This document shows positions 29,422-43,699 of a DNA stretch of 64,000 nucleotides, piece after piece. Origin of the DNA: Octopus vulgaris (lineage: Eukaryota); the NCBI GenBank assembly GCA_951406725.2, contig OX597815.1, forward strand, positions 81,592,001 to 81,656,000, in the 5' to 3' direction. Positions within the stretch are counted from its first letter, which is position 1, and each line of letters begins with the position of its first letter. Below the pieces are notes generated by a model. It searched no databases. It was given only the letters and a program-made list of their open reading frames with translations, and was not told the origin of the DNA. Made by a program: the position numbers and the translations under genes.

Positions 29422-29425
<4 letters not shown>
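29177..29425. mobile_element. Interspersed repeat (second copy at ~32530-32740) with an inverted terminal duplication
   Basis: ccttattcgcataatcaccgaacctgga.cttaactacggtctatc...cattacctga.acctttgggtct...tgacaccatta.ctctcataac is shared by both loci; 29177-29267 is a near-perfect palindrome. Confidence 0.75.
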
Positions 29426-29457
<32 letters not shown>

Positions 29458-29529
29458 CAGCCTCTCGTACTCCGAGAAAGACGGTTCTGCACAAATGATT
29501 TGTTTGTAGTGATCAAATGCTTGCGCTGT

Positions 29530-29725
29530 AATTTAGATCACTCCTTTGTCAAATCGACGTTGCCTGAACAGAAGCCCGATGCGCCACACGACATATATCG
29601 AAGTGATCGCAAAGCAACGCAAGATGAAGTGTTTTGCTCAAGAACACAAGGCACCATTCGATCGAGGAACTGAAACTACGACCTCGTGACTGTGATCGCA
29701 TGACCGTAACCACGAGGCCACGCCT
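29530..29725 (-). mobile_element. SINE family C, diverged
   Basis: agcaacgcaagatgaagtgttttgctcaagaacacaa...taaccacgaggccacgcctcct is the reverse complement of the family C head. Confidence 0.7.
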
Positions 29726-29726
29726 C

Positions 29727-29836
<110 letters not shown>

Positions 29837-30544
29837 TGATTTTGTACATTGGCAGAAGTCCATTTTACAGTGGGGTTCAGGAGGATTAGCACTCTAAACC
29901 TTGAGAGGATCCTCCTCCATCTCGGCTCCCGGAGGTACTTTTATTTCACCCTTGTCAAATTTTTCTCATAAAGCCTAAAAGGCGCGAGCCCACCCAATTC
30001 AGAGTGAAGGTGGTAGATGAGAGTGTTGACAATTGGTAAGTGTTGGCAATTGGTAAGTATGATATGTGTGGTGATTAAAGGGAACTCGACTGAGATTTGA
30101 TCTGAACATGTAAAACAACAAATAACTAGTTCACATAGGAAGCAATTTAATAAAAGCCACCGTTTAAGTTATCTCGTACTGCATCCAAAAACACAATTGG
30201 CACCGAAATCTTTACTCTTTGTGTATGTATGTTGAACTGTCTATGTGCAAATCTGCTAATGCCACTTCAGTATGCGGTCTACCCGACCATTTGCATTTTA
30301 ATGTGCAGTCTAACCCCCAACCCTGACACCTAACTCTGACCCACATCAGGTCGTTTAACGGCGCAGGCTATGGACGCTGCGGTTGACTTCGCGTGAAAAC
30401 AGTACCAATTTGCTAATAAAGTCACGGATAACAAATATGTCCAATGGAAATGAGACGGAAGGGAAGCCAAGTGGAAACAGGTCGGATAGATACAGCTAAT
30501 AATTCAAAGGTTCATATCATTATTGCCAAGCAAAATGCTTGGGG

Positions 30545-30712
30545 GAATTTCGTCCGTCTTTACGTTCTGAGTACAAATGCCGCTGGGATCGACTTTGCCT
30601 GTCATCCTATCGGGGTCGATAAAGTAAGTGCCAGTTGAGCATTGGAGTTGATCTAATCGACTTAACTCCTCCCCTGAAACTGCTGGTTTGTGACAAAATT
30701 TGGAACCATTGT
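30545..30712 (+). mobile_element. SINE family B, diverged, without Tx1-like tail
   Basis: tttcgtccgtctttacgttctgagtacaaatgccgc...cgactttgcctgtcatcctatcggggtcgataaa. Confidence 0.75.
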
Positions 30713-30968
30713 TGTCAAGCTAGTTCTGCCTGAAAATTTACATTATGAAGTAAACACGCCTCTCGAATACCCCGCCGACATAGACGTTAATTTTAAGAGC
30801 AGGTCGTATCAGCCGGACATATTTGATAAAATAGTTATCATCATATATGCTTGTTTACACGAATAGTGTGTGTGTGAACTGATGGCAAAAGTCATAGTAT
30901 GTATCGTATACATCTGAAATAAAGTTTCAATACAGTCCCTAAAATGAAGCTGCCCTGTCTATCTATCT

Positions 30969-31111
<143 letters not shown>

Positions 31112-32529
31112 TATATATATATATACACACACACACATATATATATATATATACACACACACATATATATATATATACACACACACATATATATATGTGT
31201 GTGTGTGTGTGTGTGTATGCACATGCATAGAAGATAGTTGTTCTTGTTAGCAAATCAAAGGTCAGCTCTGAGAGAGAGTAGATAGCTACAGTACGCAGGT
31301 GAGTCGAACGACTAAGCGCGCTTAAAAGATCTATCCAGTACTTCTAATGTATTCTGCATACTCCAGAAATTCAGTGAATGGGGGTTTCATAGTGCGGCAG
31401 TAAAAAAAAGCAAGCTGCATTTTCTTCGTTGCTCAGTTTTGTATTAGTCTACTGTTTCCATGTCTAAATGTCTACGTGTTTGTATGAATGTACGTCTGCA
31501 TGTCGACAAGTAGGTGTATATGTCTGTTTGTACGTAATGCAGCCGCAAGTTTGCAAGCGGATACAAAAAACATCTGTTGATCAGTACGGCAACCATATTG
31601 ATGTTTGCACGAAACCTTTAAATCTCTCGCTCGCTCTCTCACTCACACACACAAACACACACACATCCTGTTTACCGTACAAATGAATGTATCACACAAA
31701 CACATAGTCATTAGTATATTATGTATACATAGCCTATTTTCGTATGCGACTCTAACTCTTTGTCTATCCAAAGCCTTTTATCTGTTTGTTCTAAACACCC
31801 ACACTTGCTTTCAGGCTTTTAGTTAGCCCTTGTTTTATACGTTCTGAGAAATATAAACTTTTCATTTCATGAGCTCCATGTTATTCCGGTGGTTGGAAAA
31901 AATTACTAATGAGTATAATATACGATGGATGGATGCCCAGGAAATATCTCCTGAGCACAGAGAAAGGGTTAACGTAATCACAAAATGAAATCTATAATAA
32001 AAATCTCTGCGTATTCCTCCCTTTATGCTTTAGTATCCGTTTGTCCATAAAAAATATGGCTTCTCTTCGTTACTACTCACTAACGCCTTATCAATATCCA
32101 ACGTTTCTCAGAAAACGGCATAGTGAAGAACGTGTCCTGCATACAAGAATTTTCCCTTCCGTCTTCATGATACCACCAGTTCAAAGTTTGGACAACTTTA
32201 TTGAACTCAGAAATGATTTATTAATCAACGAACTCTCCTTACTTAACTTACACATTTGCGCTTACCCAACATCTCTCTCTCTCTCTCTCCTTCACACACA
32301 CACATGTACTTATCTATAAATATAAATATCCCAACGACTTGCAAACCAACACAGTAGCTTGATCTGGCAAGAATAACAGCCAAATCTCTCTCAGATCGGA
32401 CCATACTATCTTCAAATAAAAAAGAAAAAGAGGAAGAATACAACAACGTACTTTTTTCTTTTAATTATTAATTATAGTTGGATTCACTTAAGGATTAACC
32501 TCGGTTTAACAACAGCGACAACAATCAGT

Positions 32530-32740
32530 CTTCACAAATCCTTGGGGTTTTTTTTTTCTACCTCATTCTGATAAAAAAATTTTCATATATACACACGCTG
32601 ATATATAACGTTAGTACGTTGGACTCCTTATTCGCATAATCACCGAACCTGGAGCTTAACTACGGTCTATCCATAGCACTTACTCAGCATTACCTGACAC
32701 CTTTGGGTCTTACTGACACCATTAGCTCTCATAACTTATA
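32530..32740. mobile_element. Second copy of the 29.2-29.4 kb repeat
   Basis: Collinear similarity to 29235-29425. Confidence 0.75.
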
Positions 32741-32747
32741 TATATGC

Positions 32748-32931
32748 TCTACTCTTTATATGTTTCAGTCATTTGACTGCGGCCATGCTGGAGCACCGCC
32801 TTTAGTCGAGCAAATCGACCCCGGGACTTATTCTATCGGTCTCTTTTGCCGAACCGCTAAGTGACGGGGACGTAAACACACCAGCATCGGTTGTCAAGCA
32901 ATGCTAGGGGGACAAACACAGACAAACACAT

Positions 32932-32966
<35 letters not shown>

Positions 32967-33135
32967 CATATATACGACAGGCTTCTTTCAGTTTCCGTCT
33001 GCCAAATTCACTCACAAGGCATTGGTCGGCCCGGGGCTATAGCAGAAGACACTTGCCCAAGATGCCACACAGTGGGACTGAACCCGGAACCATGTGGTTG
33101 GTAAGCAAGCTACTTACCACACAGCCACTCCTGCA
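32748..33135 (-). mobile_element. SINE family A, near full length
   Basis: Reverse complement of the 7089 and 58910 copies. Confidence 0.92.
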
Positions 33136-33176
33136 TACAAATATATACACAAATATACATATATGTATATATATAT

Positions 33177-33217
<41 letters not shown>

Positions 33218-33783
33218 AACAACAATTGCAATTATATATACACCCACACATAACTGATTCATGCCAACATATTTAATCATTGCAAAAACAAGCCAACGAA
33301 AGACCGTCTAGAAATAGCGGACGAATCTCTCCCCTTAAATCAAAAACCATATTCTTCGGAATGAAGACATTTCGATAATCTGGTGTGGAGTTCGCTGCAC
33401 GTTGCTTAAAAGACCACACTGTCATGGTTAGAATGTCTCCGATCATAGGTCTGCTCTCAACCACATAGAGAAAAAAAAACTTAATCTTTTTCACACATAC
33501 ACACACTCTGTTTCTTGAAAAATCCCTCTCGAGATAAGAACGACGAAGTGAAAACATGGAGAGTATCAGTTTCAGAGACAGCCTCGGTGTATGTATATAT
33601 ACACACATATATATACACACGTGTGTGTGCGATGTGCGCCTGTAAAGAGGGTGACTTTTAAACGTTGAAATGAAAGCAAGAGGGAAAAAGAAAAAGGAAA
33701 TAGATGCATAAACATCAAAGCATCATAATTAAAGTGATATAAATGTTTGTATTTGTGTATATATGTATATATAAATGCATCCT

Positions 33784-33820
<37 letters not shown>

Positions 33821-33864
33821 CATATATATGCGTGTCTGTAAGTGTGTGTGTGTGTGTGTGTGTA

Positions 33865-33907
33865 GTATATATATATATATATATATGTATGTATATATAT
33901 ATGTATG

Positions 33908-33944
<37 letters not shown>

Positions 33945-33945
33945 G

Positions 33946-33987
<42 letters not shown>

Positions 33988-33988
33988 G

Positions 33989-34077
<89 letters not shown>

Positions 34078-34129
34078 GTATATATATGTATATATATGTA
34101 TATATATGTATATATATTATATATATATG

Positions 34130-34162
<33 letters not shown>

Positions 34163-34217
34163 GTATATATATATATATGTATGTATATATATATATTATA
34201 TATATATGTATATATAG
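33865..34217. repeat. (TA)n/(TATG)n array, representative of many similar tracts (25.5-25.97, 27.3-27.57, 36.3-37.0, 37.75-38.27, 38.7-39.4, 57.9-58.65, 60.6-60.99 kb)
   Basis: Directly visible. Confidence 0.97.
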
Positions 34218-34917
34218 TTATTATATATGTTGGTGTGAACAGGAGGTATTTAAACAAAACGACTAGACAAAGCAAGATGAAGAATACACCAATACACCAA
34301 AGAAATTCCAAAGACTGACAAACTTAAGAGAGAGAGAGAGAGAGAGAGAGTGGTGGGGTGAGAAAGAGAGAGAATGAAAGAGGCAGAGATAGAGAGAGAG
34401 GAGTCGCGGTGAAGACTGAAAAATCGGCAGAAATTCCCTCAGCAGAAAAAAAAAAAAAAAAAAAAAAGAAACATAATAAATAAATAAATAAATAAAAATC
34501 TGTCAGCTCATCTGGAGAAACAAGTGAATGACAGACTGACTGATGAAGAGGTAGAGTACAGAAGTGAGATGGGGGGGGGGGGATGGAGACGGAGAGAGAC
34601 AGAGACAGATTTAAATACCAAGGTATATGTCATGTTTGTGCAGATAAAATGTATGCATATGTGTGCGTGTGTATGTGTGTGTGTTTGTGTGTTTATACAC
34701 ATACATACATTTGTATAAATATGCATTCATACATAGATACACCCGTGTATACTTATATTTGAATACAGGTCTACGAGAACTTTGAATCAAGAATACATAC
34801 ATCTATGAATGTATTTCATATATATATATACTCTTTTTAAATTGAACGTTTTTTCAAGTGGCGTCAAAAGCCTTACTTTTCCATTCTCTCTTTCTCTCTC
34901 TCTCTCCCTTTGCTTAT

Positions 34918-35081
34918 AGGCGCAGAAGCGGCGGTGTGGTAAGTAGCTTGCTTACCAGCCACATGGTTCTGGGTTCAGTCTCACTGCGTGGCACCTTGAG
35001 CAAGTGTCTTCTTCTATAGCCTCGGACCGACCAAAGCCTTCTGAGTGGATTTGGTAGACAGAAACTGAAAGAAGCCCGTCG

Positions 35082-35120
<39 letters not shown>

Positions 35121-35142
35121 ATGTGTGTGTGTGTGTGTATAA

Positions 35143-35174
<32 letters not shown>

Positions 35175-35362
35175 TTGCCTCTCCACCTCCACCATCGTTT
35201 GACAACTGATGCTGGTGTGTTTACGTCCTCGTAACATAGCGGTTCGGCAACAATAAGCCGATAGAATAAGCCCTAGGGTTACAAAGAATAAGTCCTGGAG
35301 GCGATTTGTCCGACTACAGGCGGTGCTCCAGCATGACTGCAGTCAAATGATTAAAACAAATA
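34918..35362 (+). mobile_element. SINE family A, full length
   Basis: Head aggcgcagaagcggcggtgtggtaag to tail gcagtcaaatgattaaaacaaat. Confidence 0.92.
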
Positions 35363-35737
35363 ATATATATATATATATATATATATGCATAGGCATTAAT
35401 ATATTTGAAGATATGTATGCTTTATGATGGGAGTATATATATATAGGTAGATACGAGAGAGGGGAGGACAGGAAGTAAAACCACGATTATGAATGGAGAA
35501 GAAACATGATGGACAAACAAAAGTGAGAGGGCGACAACGGGAAACGGAATGACAGAAGAGGAAAACAAGATCAAGGAGAGACAGAAGGAGGGGGAAAAAA
35601 GTCCATGGCGAAGGAATGGGTGTGAGATAGCAATGAAATATAATTTTCCGTTCTTCCCTGTGGTCATAAAAACAGTCATACCTTCACTGATATTGGCGGT
35701 GCCTCCTACACTATAGGTATGCATGTGTGCGTGTATG

Positions 35738-35804
<67 letters not shown>

Positions 35805-35894
35805 ACAATACGAGAAGATAATTTGAACAGGCTGTATTACAATTCACTGTGCTGATTTGTAATTAAGCCTGTTCAGTCCATTCCCCCGTATTAA

Positions 35895-35943
<49 letters not shown>

Positions 35944-36090
35944 TGTGTGTGTGTGTGTCTGTTTATAATCCACTCAAAATTGTGGATGTCCACATGTATA
36001 TCCAGTAAGCAGAGAAGTGCTACTGTATGTTAACACGCGGTAGCCGATGCCCGGAGAAGAGCTTTGAAAAGCACCCGATAAGGTCATTTA

Positions 36091-36135
<45 letters not shown>

Positions 36136-36303
36136 GCATACACGCATGTATATACGTGGTCAAACTTCGAAATCGGTCTACAAAGCTATAAAAAAACGAC
36201 AGGTTCTACGTCTGGACTGAGTTATTCAGTCAGCTAATATACATTCCATTTTTGTTATCTACAGAAATCCTTGCTTTTAATTATGCCTTCATATTAATAT
36301 ATT

Positions 36304-36349
<46 letters not shown>

Positions 36350-36809
36350 CATACATATACGTATTACATATATATATACATATTCGTATTACATACATAT
36401 ATACATATTATATATAGATATATATACATACATATTACATATATAAACATATACGTATTACATACATATATACATATATATACATATTACACATATACAG
36501 AGAATTACATATGTATATATATTATATATATATTAACACACACACATATATAATATATATGTATGTACATATACATATATATATGTATATATATATATGT
36601 ATGTACATATACATATATATATGTACATATATATATATATATATGTATGTACATATACATACATATATGTATGTACATATATATATACATACATATATGT
36701 ATGTACATATACATATATATATATACATACATACATATTACATAAATACATATAAATACATATATATATATATATATAAATATATAGATATATATACATA
36801 TATATATAG

Positions 36810-36846
<37 letters not shown>

Positions 36847-36893
36847 CATACTGTATATAAATATATATATATTATATATATATATATAGATAT

Positions 36894-36932
<39 letters not shown>

Positions 36933-37009
36933 TATATACATACATACATAATACATATATACATATTACACACATATGTATACGTTACATATATATATAT
37001 ATATATATA

Positions 37010-37150
37010 TTAGTTGAAATTTATAGAAAAACAAAAGACGAAGACAGACGTATGAGAAAGACTTTTACGTTTCGAGCCTACGCTCTTCAACAGAAATGAA
37101 TAAGAGAAAATAAAGAGGGAACGAAAACAACTTGTAGATTTCAGCGGTCC
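37010..37150 (-). mobile_element. Short Penelope-like fragment with minimal hammerhead-like motif
   Basis: Minus strand ctgttgaagagcgtaggctcgaaacgtaaaag: (C>T)TGAAGA, a short gagc/gctc stem, then GAAAC. Confidence 0.45.
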
Positions 37151-37748
37151 AGCATACATACATACATACATGCAAATGTCTGCATGTCTGTGTGTGCTTA
37201 CAGAAAAATGTTCATTTTTAATTCCTTCTTTGTTTTAGCCGTCACGCCCTAAGACCATTCTGGAGCAGCTACTACGTGTTGACAGCCATGACATCGACCA
37301 GCTAGCTGATTGCTGATCAGTTTTCCGAAATCGATTGTAAGCACTTCACATCAAACCACATTACATCCGTCATTATACTGATTATAATTTATATGCAGAA
37401 ACCCTCCACCTCTCTCTCTCTCTTTATTCGTCACATACACACATACATACATACACACTAATGTCACCGCCATTGCTATGAGACCCTTTAAGATTGTAGA
37501 ATATGTATATCATAAACATTAGTGGTTTCAAACTTTAATCCGGATGGAATGGTGCTACTTAGAAATAATCGATTAATTTAGTAAGTTTGTCTCAGCCAGT
37601 GAAGAAGCCGAAAGGCAGCAGCTGTACTATGTGCTAGAAACAGCAGCTACATACATTTATTAAGTAAAAATTAAAAAAAGCATATTACGAAAAAAACCTC
37701 GGTCAACACAGTCATATGTGTGGAGTGTGTGTGTGTGTACATAAATAC

Positions 37749-37779
<31 letters not shown>

Positions 37780-38010
37780 TAGATAGATATAGATATATAT
37801 ACATATATTTATATATCAATATATATATACATAGATATATATACACATATATTTATATATCAATACATATATATACATATATTTATATATCAATATATAT
37901 ATATATACATAGCTATATATACATATATATGTATATACATAGATATATATATATATACATACATATATACATACATATATACATACATACACACACACAT
38001 ATATATATAT

Positions 38011-38041
<31 letters not shown>

Positions 38042-38208
38042 CACACATACATATATATATACACACATACATATATATATACACACATACATATATATAT
38101 ACACATATACACACATACATATATACATATACACATACATATATATACACATACATATATATATACACACATACATATATACATATACACATACATATAT
38201 ACATATAC

Positions 38209-38263
<55 letters not shown>

Positions 38264-38282
38264 TATACATACATAAACTAAC

Positions 38283-38692
38283 CCTGTGCTTGAGGAGACC
38301 TATTGAGTCAAGTACGTCAACATCATAAAATCAAATGGAAATTGTAGTTGTGGTACCTGTGCCGGTGGCACGTAAAGAGCACCATTCGAACGTGGCTGAT
38401 GCCAGTGCCGGTGGCACGTAAAGAGCACCATTCGAACGTGGCTGATGCCAGCGCCGCCTTGACTGGCTTCCGTGCCAGTAAAAATCACCAACCGATTGTG
38501 GACGTTGCCAACCTTTCCTGGCACCTGTGCCACGTAAAAAGCACCCACTACACTCACGGAAGGGCATCGAGCTGTAGAAACACTGCCAGATCAGACTGAA
38601 ACCTGGTGCAGCCTCCTGGCTTCCCAGACCCCGGTCGAACCGTCCAACCCATGCAAGCATGGAAAACTGACGTTAAACGATGATGATGATGA
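38283..38692 (+). mobile_element. SINE/LINE-tail family D ending in (GAT)n
   Basis: GC-rich body with gtgccggtggcac palindromes, a ggaagggcatc motif, and 3' end catggaaaactgacgttaaacgatgatgatgatga (short tandem-repeat tail typical of non-LTR retroposons); 46-bp internal tandem duplication. Confidence 0.7.
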
Positions 38693-38913
38693 AACATACA
38701 TATATATATATACGTATATATACATATAAATATACGCATATGCATGAACATGTATATACATATACGCATACATACTTTCATATAAATATATAGATATAAA
38801 CATAGATATACATACATATATATATATATATATATAAACATACATACCTACATATATATATATATATAAACACACACATACACATATATATATATATAAA
38901 CACACACATACAC

Positions 38914-38950
<37 letters not shown>

Positions 38951-39069
38951 TATATATATATATAAACACACACACACACATATATATATAAACACACACA
39001 CACACACATATATATATATAAACACACACACACATATATATATAAATACACACACACATATATATATAA

Positions 39070-39114
<45 letters not shown>

Positions 39115-39318
39115 CATACATACATATAAACATACATACATGCATATAAAGATACATATAAACACAAACATACATATATAAACATACATACGTATATACA
39201 TATATATACATAAACGTACATGTATACATACATATATATACATAAACGTACATGTATACATACATATATATACATAAACGTACATGTATATATACATATA
39301 TAAACGTACATACATACA

Positions 39319-39382
<64 letters not shown>

Positions 39383-39934
39383 CATACATATATATACATA
39401 CATGCATACACACACACGAGTGAGTAGGCGGCACTCAACACATTTAGCAGGAGTTATTATTTAAAACAACTAAACTCGGCCTCGTGGAATTTAGTTCCCT
39501 AAGTTTGTTACAGGAAGCTAGCTAGCTAAATAATAATAATAATAATAATTATTATTATTATTATTATTATTATTATTGATCCCAGTGTTATACTGGTACT
39601 TACTTTATCAACCCGGAAAGGGTGAAAGATAATAAATGTGTGTATGTGTGTGTGAAGATGTGATGAATTTGAATGCCACCGATCATATGCCTACTTCGGT
39701 CAAGACTGTGGCTTGCTATTAAAAAACCAGAAGGGCAACTGGTGGGAAGGACTTATTTTGTCTACACCGGAAAGGATGAAAGGCAAATTTAACCAAACTA
39801 CAATGGAGAAGGATGCCCCCTTCCGTGATCACTCACTCGACCTGCTAGAAAGGGCAGTCAAATCTCCTCCGACCCACCACCACCCAAATCACACAATAAC
39901 TTCAGTTAAATGGACGATGATGTTCCATCCATTC

Positions 39935-40290
39935 ATCTTCTCTGCCCAATATTCCTAGGAGGGTAGGGAGGGTCCTCAGACACCTACTCAATAGGGTCCT
40001 ATCAGAAGCAACTGTCATCACACTTTTCGGTTGGATACCCAAGCGTGACCAAGTGAAACTATGCATTATTATCCAACAATCACATTCTTGGTCTACCCTT
40101 AAAGGTCTCCTGCCGGTTCACCCCGCTCGAAGAATCCTTCTTATGATTCTTTACTGGGGCTGTAACCTCTCAAAGCGGAAAAGCAGAAGCTCGATCTGGA
40201 GGGACACCCCCATCTCTGAGCAACGCATCCTGTCGGGTAACGAACATTACACTAGAGATCCTCAACACGTAGTACTTCAAATGAAATGAA
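39935..40290 (-). pseudogene. RTE-clade (Rex3/Expander-like) LINE 3' fragment
   Basis: The minus strand encodes a frameshifted GRRP..GRPR followed by WSRLGIQP...VASDR, the characteristic RTE C-terminal pattern. Confidence 0.65.
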
Positions 40291-41159
40291 GACAGGAGAG
40301 TCACATTAGGAACGTCTTCAATTAATCATAATTCAGCTCGGTCTTTCAAGGCCCACCTGAAGTTAAATAACAATCACATTTGATATAACGAGGGAGTGAG
40401 TATGTGATATGCGATCATTCACTTTGCTAAATATAACAGCCAAATCTCGCGCAAATCAGACTCTTTGCCGTGATCATCCAACTCGATGGATAATGTATTA
40501 GTACATATAGTAAAATGCTAACTGAAACAAATAAAGACAGCGTAGTCAAGGATGGAACGACTTTTATTATACAGCCAGCTTAGGTCCAAACAACCACAGC
40601 ACCCTACCCTCTTAAAATAAAGAGCAAAATAATGACAGGCCCCACCCAGCATCGTCACAGCCACTGGTTAAAATCGGTAATAGAATAATAGAAAAGATAA
40701 AACTATAACAGCCCTTCATATACGGGCAGCGAAAGGAAAAGAGGAAAAAAGAAAACGGGGTGACTGAGGATTGAAATTTCCCGCTGATTAAAAGTCTGGC
40801 GGGTTAAACAACAACATGTGGTTTCCCGCCTCTTCCCTCGTCCCACTTGCAACCGTCAAGAAATAACTTGGAGCCTTTGTTTGTATGGTCAGTTTTAATC
40901 GGTTGGCCAAGTCTGAGGTGGAAAAGAAAACATCATTTATTAAAAGAGAAAAATAGAGAAATTTGCGGAGAGCAAAAATAATGAATGTAAGCAAAATTTG
41001 AAAGAAATCGATATAGAAAATTTGCTGAGTGCCTCTTTAATGCAGCATGTGCGTGCAGTCACACACATCCAAACAAATATCAAATTCTCTTTCTCTCCCA
41101 CACACACTCACATATATGTATATATACACACATGTATACACACACACACACAAACACAA

Positions 41160-41214
<55 letters not shown>

Positions 41215-41859
41215 TACATATTTATAGACACACATAATTCTAGCAGTTTCTGTTCGTATTAGCTCTGTAGTAGTAGTAGTAGTAGCAGCAGCACCTTAGT
41301 CCCACCTCTACCCCTGTTCGACCTTATCCTACGATCAAAGGGATTTCAATTATGAATTCCCGATTTTTAAAATTATTTTACAATGGCTGTTATTTCTAGC
41401 AACTTGTTGGTTTCTGTGTAATCTCTGACTGACCGGATAATGTAATCAAAGATCATCCACCAGCAACTTATATTCCGTCCTAATATCAACTACATAATCG
41501 AATATAGCCTCCTGGTTTCAAAAGAAAATGGAGTGATTCGGGGGAAATTTAGCTGTTATATTTAGCAAGTCCATCCCTTCGTTCATCGTTGTTCCGTTTC
41601 CAGTAACTTGTTAGATCGATATAATAGACGTGTGTGATTGCCTTAAAAATTTAATCTTGTTTATTTATTAACATATTTCTATAGGAAGAAAGAAAGGATA
41701 AAACACTAAAATTATAACAGATCACTTTATTGAGAACCTCCCCCCCCCCCCCGAACTACCTCATGAAGGAAACCAAGAAAATGGGGTGGGGGAGAATTAA
41801 ACAGCAAAATACGGAGGGGGAGTAACAGGTTGTACACCCCAGAATAAACGGCGGGTTCA

Positions 41860-42390
41860 GCCCCGCCTCGCGGACATTATTACAAACGCGTTGCCGCGGA
41901 GAATGGCCAGCGGCACTCGCTGCAACAGGCACCCCCACCTCGCAGGGCTCATTTGTCATAGGGGCAGCAGTTATCCCTATTTTGCGGAAGATATCAACAG
42001 TACGGGATCCGACAACAAGTGAGGTCTCGATGGCGACCAGTCAGGCCCCTGTATATTGGTTTATCTTCTTCAGCTTTGAGATACGGGCGGCGATACCCAG
42101 GTTTGCGACCGGTGCTGTAAGTTTGGAACCGGGAAACGTGTTGCAGCACGTCGCGTTCTAGACTGGGGATCTGCTTCCCTTGTATGGGATGAGGGTTATA
42201 TCGTTGGGGCGCTTACTATCTCCACGGTCAAGACCTACAGCTCCCAGTTGTGACGGAAAACCAGCTGCTTCGAGGACTCCTTCACATTACGTCATTCAGA
42301 TCGGCGCATCTGGGGAACCTGTCCGTGCTATGGTTGTAGGATAATGGATGCAAATCGAATTCGTCGACTACAGCTCCGCGACAGCATTTG
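41860..42390 (-). pseudogene. CRE-type non-LTR retrotransposon relic, restriction-like endonuclease domain
   Basis: Pieced minus-strand translation LHPLS...RFPRCADLNDV...LDRGDSKRPNDITLIPY...ATCCNTF...VAIETS...LQRVPLAILRGNA follows the RH-LND / KRPD / WD-T / ET-G / QRGNA motif series; contains stops and frameshifts. Confidence 0.7.
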
Positions 42391-42414
42391 TGCGGCTAAC
42401 ACACACTACTTATT

Positions 42415-42615
42415 TTAGCGCCTTGTACTTATTTTATCGGTCACTTTTGCCGAACCGCTAATTTACTAGAATGTAAACAAACACTGGTTTTCAAGGGGTG
42501 GTGAGGGACAGACACAACACACACTTCTTTCAGATTCTGTCGACCGGATCAACACACAGCCCTGGGCTATAGTAGAAAACAATCGCTTAAGGTACCACAC
42601 AGGAGAACTGAACCG
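42415..42615 (-). mobile_element. SINE family A, strongly diverged
   Basis: gtacttattttatcggtcacttttgccgaaccgcta...ggctatagtagaaaac...actgaacc. Confidence 0.7.
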
Positions 42616-43093
42616 ATGACTATTGCAGGGTGTAGCCAATCAAATCAACTTCAACACTTGAATGGTACATATGGGGTAACCCGGCGACAGCTAGGGCCGT
42701 TTTAACACAAGTGCAGGCTTCTAGGTATATCAATTCACTGAGTCCTATAGCGTTTATTGATTGATTGCGAGCCTCAACGTTTATAGATCAGAAATATGCC
42801 ACTAGACCCGTGCGGCCCTGCCCAAGGCTTAAAATGGCACCGGGCAGAATCGTTAGTGTTGAACAAACGATGCTCTGACGTGATTCAGTTATAAGCTCAT
42901 TTACGTCTGTGGTTTCAAAATCCTACCAAGGTCCAACCAACATCATTGACACCCCCATATATTTTATTAGTTTCATTCCTTCATTGCATATCAGTCCAAA
43001 GATTCCTGATCCGGGATGATAAAACATGAAACCACCGGTAACTGTGAAACACTAAGTTTCCAATTCTTATCACACACACACACATTGACAAAC

Positions 43094-43166
<73 letters not shown>

Positions 43167-43167
43167 T

Positions 43168-43490
43168 GTTTCTTTATTAGCCACACAGGGCGACACACAG
43201 ACAGGACAAAATTACATGGTAGAGCTTTTCTTTTGGGGGTAAAAGAAGGGGGTTTGGTTTTCGATCAAAAGGGATCGTAAATGGAAAGAAAGAGGACAAA
43301 ATAAGGGGGGGGTATAATTTTTTTAAAAAAGGTGGGGGGAAGGAAAAAAAATTTGATCAATAGGAATCGTTATCACAGAAATGTCAATATGAAGTGTAAA
43401 GGGGAGGACAGGTGAGGTTTACCCGTGGAAAGAAAAGCCTACGGAAAAGACCACGGTAACCTCGGTCAATGAAGTCATATGTTATATTTC
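43168..43490 (-). mobile_element. 5'-truncated 3' UTR copy of the Tx1-like LINE
   Basis: Collinear with 61790-62055 (tttctttattagccacacaggg...ccgtggaaagaaaag.ctacggaaaagaccacggtaacctcggtcaat); flanked on both sides by (GATA)n. Confidence 0.88.
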
Positions 43491-43535
43491 TTTTTTTTTT
43501 AGATAGATAGATAGATAGATAGATGATAGATAGAT

Positions 43536-43594
<59 letters not shown>

Positions 43595-43699
43595 GGCCTT
43601 GTGGCATGTTAAGGGAAAAAAAGAAAAGAAATCGTGACATAAAGAGACAGCACTTTAAAAGGCCGGCGCTCTGTTCTGCTCTCCATGTGTCTGTCTATC

